A stretch of 64,000 nt of DNA from a virus, in IMG/VR virus record IMGVR_UViG_3300028388_002189, positions 1 through 64,000 of that record. One strand, 5' to 3'. Made by a program: the position numbers and the translations under genes. Position 1 is the first letter of the stretch, and every line of letters begins with the position of its first letter. Below are positions 1 through 7,401 of this stretch, in pieces. The notes under the pieces are model-generated. The model was not told where the DNA came from, did no database searches, and saw only the letters and a program-made list of their open reading frames with translations.

Positions 1-119
1 GGTGGGTGGAGTTGTTGAAAAGTCTGACATAGTACCGCGCCACCGATCGTTCGTATATTGCGATATGCGCGGCTCTTAGTATCTCGTGGGTGCAAGGGCT
101 ATTCGTGGGGGTGCGAAAG

Positions 120-800
120 TGAGCGCTCATCGCGTCTCAGCCCCTTGCTTGAAGTCGAACTACCAAAGGTAGGCGGGGCGGTGGGTGTATTTTTGAACAG
201 GGGTACGTTCGCCTCATCGCATTCTCGACCTCCTCATCCCTCGCTCCGCGTGACGGCTCATCCTCACCTGGCAGACCTAGAAAGGTGGAACCCCTTCTAC
301 CTTATGCCACCTTAGCTCGCCACCTGGTGGGGGTCATTTTTGAAGAGTCCTCAGATTGCGCTGTGCGCCACGTTTCGTTTTTAATAGGCACAGCGGGTAT
401 TCGCGAGGGGTCAGAAACGCGCTCTACGCGCTCGCTACGGTGCTCATCGAGGTTGAACCGCCAAAGGTAGGTGGTACGGTGGGTGGTATTTTTTATTGGG
501 CGACTCTCCGCTCATCGCATCCTAGGTACTGAACATTTGTCTTAGCGCCCCCGCTCCTCATCCGACCGCTAGGTCAGTGCGACGTGCCAAGCTCATCAGT
601 ACCGACTCACCACGCCAGATAGGGGGGCGGTATTTTTTTAAACAAAGTTTGAAATAGTTGTTGACCTACGGAACAGAGGTAGGTAGAGTAGATACATAAG
701 GTGCTACGGCGCTCATCAACTAAGCCCCGAGGGGCAGATAAGGAAACAACAATGGCTACCAAGTTCATCACAGGTGAAGTTAACAAGCTCGCTCATCAAC
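120..800 (+). repeat. Non-coding leader with 10 co-oriented CTCATC hexamers and degenerate ~150-bp units ending in G-rich/T-tract elements
   Basis: CTCATC at 126,213,233,257,443,511,557,592,712,792. CCAAAGGTAGG...GGTGGGTG(G)TATTTTT at ~163-194 and ~461-494, with related elements at ~321-341 and ~615-639. Confidence 0.7.
661..689 (+). promoter_or_regulatory. Sigma70-like early promoter
   Basis: TTGACC-N17-TAGAGT upstream of AAGGA RBS and ATG at 752. Confidence 0.55.
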
Positions 801-1231
801 TCCGCAAGGCATACCCTTCTCTCACCTGGGGGCAGGCATTCCGCTTTGCAATCAAGGGCGTACCCGCGCAACGTTCAATGTACATGAAGGCGACCTCCGT
901 ATTTGGTACTTGGACTCTTCCTTCTCAGCGTAGCCTCGCAGGTCACTTCTGGGCGCTTGCTAAGTCATATGAAGAACTCAACGATGCAGGACGCGCTTAC
1001 AGCTGTAAGCGCGTTGCGGGTCTCCTATATAGCCTATGCGACGAGGGCATCACCCTCACCTTCGGTCAAGCGATCTCTCGCAAGGGATGGGGCGAGTCCA
1101 TTATCTCTGAGATGATCGAGCACTTTGTATGCGGTCTCGACAGTGTAGACACCACTGACCGTATGATGCGCCTTCACACACTCATCCCCTCTCTCCACTC
1201 ACGATACGTTAACCCTCGATGGACCTTCTAA
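752..1231 (+). CDS. Early protein with PolX/Pol-beta N-terminal (8-kDa HhH)-like domain
   Basis: ATG 752 with AAGGA RBS. LAGHFWALAKSYEELNDAGRAYSCKRVAGLL...GWGESIISEMIEHFVCG follows the HHH_8 pattern. Confidence 0.55.
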   Translation: MATKFITGEVNKLAHQLRKAYPSLTWGQAFRFAIKGVPAQRSMYMKATSVFGTWTLPSQRSLAGHFWALAKSYEELNDAGRAYSCKRVAGLLYSLCDEGITLTFGQAISRKGWGESIISEMIEHFVCGLDSVDTTDRMMRLHTLIPSLHSRYVNPRWTF

Positions 1232-1241
1232 GGAAAACACC

Positions 1242-1580
1242 ATGAGACACCAAAGAACACTCTTCGTTAAAGTCCCTCCCCTCATCACTGATACCTTACA
1301 GTCTATATGGGGCGACGTGATGACCTTACGCCTTGACAGCCAACCAGAACTTCTCGGTATCCCTTGTGGGTGCTACTATGGGAAGAGGGGACGCGCTCTC
1401 TACAACGCGCTCCGCACCACCAAGCGTGAACTCTACATCGAAGGGGGCGAACTCACCGCAGAACTTGACCAAGCCATCGCATGGGCGCGAGGTATACACT
1501 GTGGTCACCCCCGCTCTCCACTAGAGGGAGAGATCACTGACGAGTATTACCGCATCATGACCGCCGCACCTACCGAGTAA
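1242..1580 (+). CDS. Hypothetical early protein
   Basis: ORF with AAGGA RBS, in series with neighbours. Confidence 0.7.
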   Translation: MRHQRTLFVKVPPLITDTLQSIWGDVMTLRLDSQPELLGIPCGCYYGKRGRALYNALRTTKRELYIEGGELTAELDQAIAWARGIHCGHPRSPLEGEITDEYYRIMTAAPTE

Positions 1581-1627
1581 ACACTCTCTCGACTTTTCAA
1601 CAACTCATCTCGATTGGAACAACACAT

Positions 1628-2182
1628 ATGTTACTCCCACCTCAGTATATCTCTGTCATCGAAGACTTTGCGCTCACCACAGAACCGATTAACCTTTGGG
1701 TATACCAGTGTTCTGAGGAGTGCAGCTTTCACGCTCCCGAAGAACTCTCCATCTTTGACTACGAACTCAATGAACAAGAGCGCCAAGAATATTCGCTCGT
1801 ATTCAAAAAGCGACATCGTGCTTATGGTATGTATTCGTTTACGAACGAAGGACCACTATACATCGGTATGGGTGCCACAGAAGAGGAAGCCCTTGCACAT
1901 GGCGTGTACCAAATTGTGCGCAAAGAACACTGGGATGGCGGACTTCCCTTCTCCCCTTCCATCGAGTACACAGAAGCATGGATCTCTTATGATGGTAAAG
2001 AGTGTCTGCCTGCACTCTTCGCACCTAAAGTAATGGATGATGAAGAGCTAGGAGAATACAAGGGACTCGACCATGTGTGGTCTGTAGAGTATGCGCCTAA
2101 TCAGTTCCTGTGGGCGAGTGAATATGTAGACGCAGTAGAGACCTTGCTCCTCAATCTCCCAGAGTCTTACGAGGTACACTAA
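1628..2182 (+). CDS. Acidic hypothetical protein
   Basis: 184-aa Glu-rich ORF; TAATG overlap with next gene. Confidence 0.7.
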   Translation: MLLPPQYISVIEDFALTTEPINLWVYQCSEECSFHAPEELSIFDYELNEQERQEYSLVFKKRHRAYGMYSFTNEGPLYIGMGATEEEALAHGVYQIVRKEHWDGGLPFSPSIEYTEAWISYDGKECLPALFAPKVMDDEELGEYKGLDHVWSVEYAPNQFLWASEYVDAVETLLLNLPESYEVH

Positions 2183-2385
2183 TGACCTGTATAGAAATAG
2201 ATGCAATAACCGCGCTCCTCACCGAGATGACTAAACCCGCACCCGCTTCTCGATGGTCTGTTGTGCGACAGTTTGAAGTAGATGAGGGCATGGCGCTTGT
2301 TATCTACGTCGATGAGCTAGAAGCGAATATGATTGTCCTGCGCACAGAAGATGAGGAGGGCAAAGCGAGCTACGCTCTCGTATAG
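2182..2385 (+). CDS. Small hypothetical protein
   Basis: Translationally coupled (TAATG), GAGG RBS. Confidence 0.6.
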   Translation: MTCIEIDAITALLTEMTKPAPASRWSVVRQFEVDEGMALVIYVDELEANMIVLRTEDEEGKASYALV

Positions 2386-2422
2386 TATAATAGACTCATC
2401 ACCAAGCGAGGAAGATGAGCCT

Positions 2423-2758
2423 ATGGATATTATCGTGGATACTGATCTGGCAAAGGACATGGGCATCATCGCCCTGTGTTTACCTGTTATACCTACAACC
2501 TGTATGACCGCTCGCCACTATGGGATCATGCTAGAGAAGGTCAGCGCAGAACTGATGAGTGCGGTTGATGATATTACACAACTCGCCGCTTCAATGGGTT
2601 GCACCTTAGTCACCTCGCCTGTACAAGTCTTCCCCTCTTCGATGAGGAGATACAAGGTAGGCGATAAGACCTCTAGTGATTATATACTGCTAGGTGTGAC
2701 ACTCCGGTGTACACCAAAGTCAAAGGCTGAAGAGGTGATAAACGCGCTCTTCTCATAA
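2423..2758 (+). CDS. Hypothetical protein
   Basis: Probable start MDIIVD at 2423 after GAGGA. Confidence 0.55.
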   Translation: MDIIVDTDLAKDMGIIALCLPVIPTTCMTARHYGIMLEKVSAELMSAVDDITQLAASMGCTLVTSPVQVFPSSMRRYKVGDKTSSDYILLGVTLRCTPKSKAEEVINALFS

Positions 2759-3357
2759 GATGTAGGCAACCGCCCTACAACACTAACTTGCTTTTTATAC
2801 TTCCCACGGGGCAAACCGTACTCGATGACGCTATAATGCGGACTTGTATTTTTGCACTAACCAAGAGGTTGAACACCATCGTGATGACTATGAGTAGCAA
2901 ACAGGGTGTGAAGAGCCGATTTCGACCTATTTTGACCTTGAGGAGCACCTGTAAAAACTTTTCTGAGGTTAACCTTCGATATAAATATATTTCCGAATGT
3001 CAGGTTTCAGACACTTTTTACACCGCCTCTGCCTGCACAAACCCTCAAAATGCCGTTGTCAAAAACGACGACTATAGCGTCATCCATCGCGCTCGCTAGA
3101 CACCAACCGAGGGTATTTAAAGAGTAAGAGGAGGGTCTGAGGTGTTTGATTGGGTGTATTTGAGTGAGTGTACGTTTAGAGTGTGTGACGTAGAGTCTTA
3201 TGTGTATGTGGGGTGTATACTTTGTATATGATAATGTTTGTTTAGCGGTGCTGTGGGTGTATATATTCTTTATACTTCATGGGGGAGGGTGTACTCTACG
3301 CGCTCATATGTCTATGGGGTATCGTATGAATATGTATAGGGGAGTTATTTTAATATT

Positions 3358-3981
3358 GTGAGTATATATGACCTTACGCGCCGCCATGCGCGAATTTGTC
3401 TTGAAGGTGAACCTGGTAGTAACCTTGGCGCGTTTGTGCATCACCTCGCCTCGATCTATACAGCACCGTTTAGTTGCTGGGAGAGAGGTTCTATGAGCCA
3501 TACCTTCTTAGACGGTATAGAGATGCCCTTCTCTGAATGGAAGGATTTGATTGATCTCTACCTTGATGAGTGGTGCCAATCGCCCAAAAATACAATAACC
3601 GCGATTGCGCCGACTAAACACTTTGTCTTCTATGAGCGTAGCGTTTGGTCTCTAGAAGTCTTGCTTAACTATAACTACTGCATATACGCCATAAGTAACG
3701 CTGACTATTTAGCCGCGCTTCATCACTTGAACAATCGGCTACAGGATGAAGAATACCCAGAGGTGATTGTCTACTTTGAGCCTACTGAGTCTGAAAGCCC
3801 GCTGCCTAAACGATCACGACAACTTCTGCTCAACGCTTATAAGAAATGGCTGTCAAGCATGGAACGTCGAGGTGTTACTCTCATTGAAGTCAAAGATCGA
3901 CGAGCTAATGTATATGGATGGGAAGCGAACCTCGTAGCAGAGGTTGAGAATAGATCCCCCTTACCGCCATGTACACTATAA
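3358..3981 (+). CDS. Deoxynucleoside/thymidylate kinase-like protein, degenerate P-loop
   Basis: RICLEGEPGSNLG (P-loop position, no GKS/T), VFYERSVWS (ERS motif), PEVIVYF. Confidence 0.55.
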   Translation: MSIYDLTRRHARICLEGEPGSNLGAFVHHLASIYTAPFSCWERGSMSHTFLDGIEMPFSEWKDLIDLYLDEWCQSPKNTITAIAPTKHFVFYERSVWSLEVLLNYNYCIYAISNADYLAALHHLNNRLQDEEYPEVIVYFEPTESESPLPKRSRQLLLNAYKKWLSSMERRGVTLIEVKDRRANVYGWEANLVAEVENRSPLPPCTL

Positions 3982-4015
3982 AAACTTTTCAACAACTTTT
4001 CTGAAAGACGTAAAG

Positions 4016-4177
4016 ATGAAAAAACCCGCATCAAAATTTAACTACACAATACACAATCTTATTGCTCACCCCTTGATGGAAATTTTCCATCTTATAGGGT
4101 TTACTGAACTAGGTAATAAGATACATGACATGACATTACCAAGGGAAAGAGACACTGATGAAGATATTGAACGGTGA
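4016..4177 (+). CDS. Small phage protein (HNLIAHPLME motif)
   Basis: Start MKKPASK at 4016; His-spaced motif HNLIAHPLME...IHD resembles small phage proteins. Confidence 0.6.
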   Translation: MKKPASKFNYTIHNLIAHPLMEIFHLIGFTELGNKIHDMTLPRERDTDEDIER

Positions 4178-4250
4178 TAGTCTTGAAGTTCTCAAGTCTG
4201 TCGAAGAGGTGCGTGAAGCCTTACCCTTGTTTGAAGGTTTCGACATTTAG
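4158..4250 (+). pseudogene. Probable internally deleted N6/N4 DNA methyltransferase remnant
   Basis: 30-aa ORF MKILNGDSLEVLKSVEEVREALPLFEGFDI: a typical beta-class MTase N-terminus joined to an LPLF tail. Confidence 0.45.
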
Positions 4251-4289
4251 CGCTTGACTAACCTAAACTCAGTGTGCAGTTTATGGTTG

Positions 4290-4404
4290 TGCTGCCTTTG
4301 AACTTAACTTTTTTTGGTGAGTTCCTTGACGCACAAAGGCAGGTTCATTGATCCCATATACTATCTTGGTTATTTGGTTGTTAAACCAAGGTAGTGTATG
4401 GGGC
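4290..4404 (+). other. Two tandem stem-loops between convergent genes (terminator or small structured RNA)
   Basis: CTGCCTTTG...CAAAGGCAG stem; 19-bp stem CCCATATACTATCTTGGTT/AACCAAGGTAGTGTATGGG with two G-U pairs. Confidence 0.55.
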
Positions 4405-4418
4405 ACTTTTCAACAACT

Positions 4419-4874
4419 TTAGACTTTCTTGTCTCGGTCGACGTTAGGCAACCAAGCCTCAATGTCTGGTTCAAGAACAACATCTTCTGGCTTCTTCTTG
4501 GTAGCCACATTTTCTCCCATGAACAAAGAGAGTTTGTTGATCACTGCTGCTTGTAGGTCACTGATCTGATCGTTCTTGATTTGTAACTGTATCTGTGCAT
4601 CACGGAGTCGAGCGATTAATGCTGCTCTGTCTGCGTCAGACTTAGATAGCTTTTCGCGAAGTTCTTCGACTTCCGAAGGATCTCGACCGCTTGCTATTGC
4701 CATCATCGACGAGATACTACCTGTTAGTACACCTAAGATACCAACAAGAACGTCTCGGTTCTTTGGTTCAATCTTAATATAGCTTAAGAACAGGATAAGT
4801 CCCACCATGATGATGAGAAACACTACTGAGAACCACCATCCTCTTTTTGCTTTTATCTCTTGATAGTCTTCCAT
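4419..4874 (-). CDS. Two-TM membrane protein with C-terminal coiled coil
   Basis: Start MEDYQE overlaps the cyclase stop (TAATG); hydrophobic WWFSVVFLIIMVGLILFLSY and VLVGILGVLTGSISSMMAIA; heptad region follows. Confidence 0.75.
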   Translation of the reverse strand: MEDYQEIKAKRGWWFSVVFLIIMVGLILFLSYIKIEPKNRDVLVGILGVLTGSISSMMAIASGRDPSEVEELREKLSKSDADRAALIARLRDAQIQLQIKNDQISDLQAAVINKLSLFMGENVATKKKPEDVVLEPDIEAWLPNVDRDKKV

Positions 4875-5725
4875 TATTTGACTCCGATATCTTCTAGTAC
4901 GCCCTTCCAAGCGCTTTTGACGAGCTCTACAAAGAAGTCTATGTAATCCACCCACCAAAACAGCCAATCATGTCCCCACATTTTACGGACGTTTGGATTA
5001 CTAAGGGCAGGGTACGCTTCTATAAATAACCAAACGACTATAATAAACGCAGTTCTAGTAATGCACCACCAAATCCACTCTTTGATTGCACGATCTCTCG
5101 CTCTCTTTTTGATCTTCTTTGGACCGCCCAGTCGCTTAACCTTCTCTACACTAGGCGGAGGCTGAAGAGATTCTATTGTAGTCCCTACAGCATACAGATC
5201 TTGTGGCTGTTTTATGCCTTTGAACTTGTAAAGACCAACGCAAGCATATCTTGTGTTATCGGGCGTAAAGAGGTTCGTTCTCCCCCTCACTGCTCGCATA
5301 GCATCTCTTGTCAACAAGACTTGTCCTGCTCTGCAAACACTCATTGTCCGAGCAGTTATATTCTTGGCTAACCCTTCTAGTTCGATTCGCTTTGCACCCA
5401 CTCCGACATACAAGTCGTCTTGTACGACCTCAACTACCTTTGCCCAATGAACACCTACGCGAGTGTTTAGTTTAGTTTTTGGAGGGATCGTCAGTTGGTA
5501 GTGTAGGCAGAAGTTGACAGCATTGATGGGTCTTTCAAAAGACAACAAAAATCCATCTGATCGATCGATTTCTCTGCCTTGGAACTTGTAAAGCAAAGAC
5601 CTGGTTAGCTTGTCGTGGTACTGCAACCACTCAGCGGCTCTTCGTGCGCCAACCTTCTCAACGAAGGCAGTGCTTCCTATGATGTCTATTAGTACGATCG
5701 CTAAGACTCTTTCATTGAACTCCAT
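4874..5725 (-). CDS. Class III nucleotide (adenylate/guanylate-family) cyclase with C-terminal membrane anchor
   Basis: IDIIGST (metal Asp1), EIDRSDGFLLSF (Asp2), RVGVH, GLAKNITAR (N/R), GQVLLT, GLYKFKG; TM segment near the C-terminus. Start is ATG 5725 or GTG 5737. Confidence 0.88.
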   Translation of the reverse strand: MEFNERVLAIVLIDIIGSTAFVEKVGARRAAEWLQYHDKLTRSLLYKFQGREIDRSDGFLLSFERPINAVNFCLHYQLTIPPKTKLNTRVGVHWAKVVEVVQDDLYVGVGAKRIELEGLAKNITARTMSVCRAGQVLLTRDAMRAVRGRTNLFTPDNTRYACVGLYKFKGIKQPQDLYAVGTTIESLQPPPSVEKVKRLGGPKKIKKRARDRAIKEWIWWCITRTAFIIVVWLFIEAYPALSNPNVRKMWGHDWLFWWVDYIDFFVELVKSAWKGVLEDIGVK

Positions 5726-5963
5726 CGCTTGGCTCACAGACTATGCAGTCACAAATTTCAACTTGACAGCACGAACACATTAGGGAGCAATCACACTGAG
5801 AATCTTCACAGTTATGAGGAGGATGAACATAGCATGGGCACTGATCTGGACTTAAGCCACACAGAGCACAAATAGTCTCGTCGAGGTCTTCCATATCTTC
5901 AGTGAAGTCCCTAAGAGAATCTGTTATGTATTCATCTGTTTTTAGGTGGCTGAAGTCTTCCAT
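5712..5963 (-). CDS. Cys-rich small protein (acidic N-half, 13 Cys in C-half); metallothionein-like or peptide precursor
   Basis: GGAGG RBS; CALC..CPC..C..CDC..CSCC..CDC..C; overlaps the cyclase start. Confidence 0.7.
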   Translation of the reverse strand: MEDFSHLKTDEYITDSLRDFTEDMEDLDETICALCGLSPDQCPCYVHPPHNCEDSQCDCSLMCSCCQVEICDCIVCEPSDGVQ

Positions 5964-6145
5964 ATAACACCTCCACCAACATTATACTAGACATAGAAGA
6001 AAGAGACACTACACTTTTATGAGTCATATTTTTAACCTTAAAGTAACTTTTTACAAAAACAGGTACGATGGTATAGGTCTGATTGAAAAGTCTCCACAGA
6101 AGTCAAAATATGAACTCGTTTATGAGTTAAAGGATTAGGTAGAGT

Positions 6146-6754
6146 ATGAGGATAATGCTAGAAGGCGTTTGGGGATCCACTGTTGATCATTTACTTGAAG
6201 AGATCATTCGGAGACAAGAGTTCAACTACGACAAGGTTAGTGTATGTATTCCGCCTCCGCCCTTTAATGGAATACGCGGTTGGACTTACGCGCTTACAGA
6301 GAACATGAGACTTTGGCGCGAACATGACGAACAAAACAACAAGATCACTCTTTATCAACATGGTGTATGGTCTAGTTATGCATTCGCCAAAGCTCTTGTA
6401 GGCGATTCACAACTTGAACAAGATGAAATAGATCTATTCAGAGAGATGACTGAAGGTATCGCTGAAGTACACGAACTCCCAGACGTCATTGTCTTCTGCC
6501 ATGACTTCCCCAAGGCATCGTTACAAAGACTTGAAGAGAGAGAGTCAGTGTTGAAAGACTTGTCCATAGAGGATCTTCAACGAACAAGTACCTCTCTTAT
6601 TGAATGGCTTGATGTTATGATAAACAAGGGAGTCAAAGTGGTGGAAATCCCACCACCATACAAGAATGATATCGAGTCATGGACACGATCAGCACTTGTT
6701 ACACTCAAAGAAGTTTTCAACAACTATGGAGTTGACCATGCAAGCAGAGATTGA
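6146..6754 (+). CDS. Second deoxynucleoside-kinase-like protein, degenerate P-loop
   Basis: MRIMLEGVWGSTVD, GVWSSYAFAKAL, LPDVIVF, SLQRLEERE (LID-like); no P-loop Lys. Confidence 0.55.
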   Translation: MRIMLEGVWGSTVDHLLEEIIRRQEFNYDKVSVCIPPPPFNGIRGWTYALTENMRLWREHDEQNNKITLYQHGVWSSYAFAKALVGDSQLEQDEIDLFREMTEGIAEVHELPDVIVFCHDFPKASLQRLEERESVLKDLSIEDLQRTSTSLIEWLDVMINKGVKVVEIPPPYKNDIESWTRSALVTLKEVFNNYGVDHASRD

Positions 6755-7079
6755 CAAAGAAAAGGCGACGTATATTGGCTTTGTTGCATATGTAGCGACG
6801 TGTATGTGGTTTACAAGTCTGACCACAGCATTCCTCATACTGCCATTAGTGCTCTTTGCATGGGGATGGATCTTTTTACACGAACAACCGTATGCCGTTT
6901 GCTTGATCTCAAAAGACAAAGATAAGTGCCTCTCTGTTATGGAAGACCTTGCAGAGAGTCTAGGTGTTCAGAGGGTTATTATCTATGAAGCTAAAGGCGA
7001 AGATGACTATGAACATCTGGGCACGTTAGAGCTCCAAGATGAGATAGAGATAGATCTAGATCTAGAGGATCAAGACTAG
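6726..7079 (+). CDS. Membrane protein with acidic C-terminus
   Basis: Two hydrophobic stretches followed by an acidic domain. Confidence 0.6.
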   Translation: MELTMQAEIDKEKATYIGFVAYVATCMWFTSLTTAFLILPLVLFAWGWIFLHEQPYAVCLISKDKDKCLSVMEDLAESLGVQRVIIYEAKGEDDYEHLGTLELQDEIEIDLDLEDQD

Positions 7080-7156
7080 TCCATTAACTCAAGCATACAG
7101 ATGATTAAGAAGGACGCCATTACATAGATGACCATCAAGTTTTGTAAGGCAATCAT
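7076..7156 (-). CDS. Possible 26-aa hydrophobic micropeptide
   Basis: MIALQNLMVIYVMASFLIICMLELMD; ATGA overlap with the upstream stop. Confidence 0.35.
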   Translation of the reverse strand: MIALQNLMVIYVMASFLIICMLELMD

Positions 7157-7398
7157 CGTGACAGATACACGTTTCGTTGAGCAGTACGAATCTCATGATA
7201 ATCTAGATTAGTCATCCTATTGATCTCACAGGTGCCAACCTTCAAACGAGTGTCTGGCTTCTTCTTACTGACATAAGTCGTATAACCACTTTCGTTTTTG
7301 CAGTGATAAACCTCTACTACTTCTGTGTAGTACCAATGCAATATGACAGCGGAAACAACGCTAAAGATAAGAACACCAAAAATACTTTCTGCATCCAT
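7153..7398 (-). CDS. Small membrane-anchored protein
   Basis: N-terminal TM helix, two Cys. Confidence 0.6.
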   Translation of the reverse strand: MDAESIFGVLIFSVVSAVILHWYYTEVVEVYHCKNESGYTTYVSKKKPDTRLKVGTCEINRMTNLDYHEIRTAQRNVYLSR

Positions 7399-7401
7399 AA
7401 T

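Noticed and set aside
58-470. ORFs 58-315 and 285-470
   Set aside because: No RBS, weak starts, and they lie in the repeat-rich leader; probably spurious.
2788-3099. 103-aa ORF with TTG start
   Set aside because: No RBS or recognisable features; left uncalled.
4875-4967. N-terminal extension of the 2TM protein
   Set aside because: The TAATG-coupled ATG at 4874 is more plausible.
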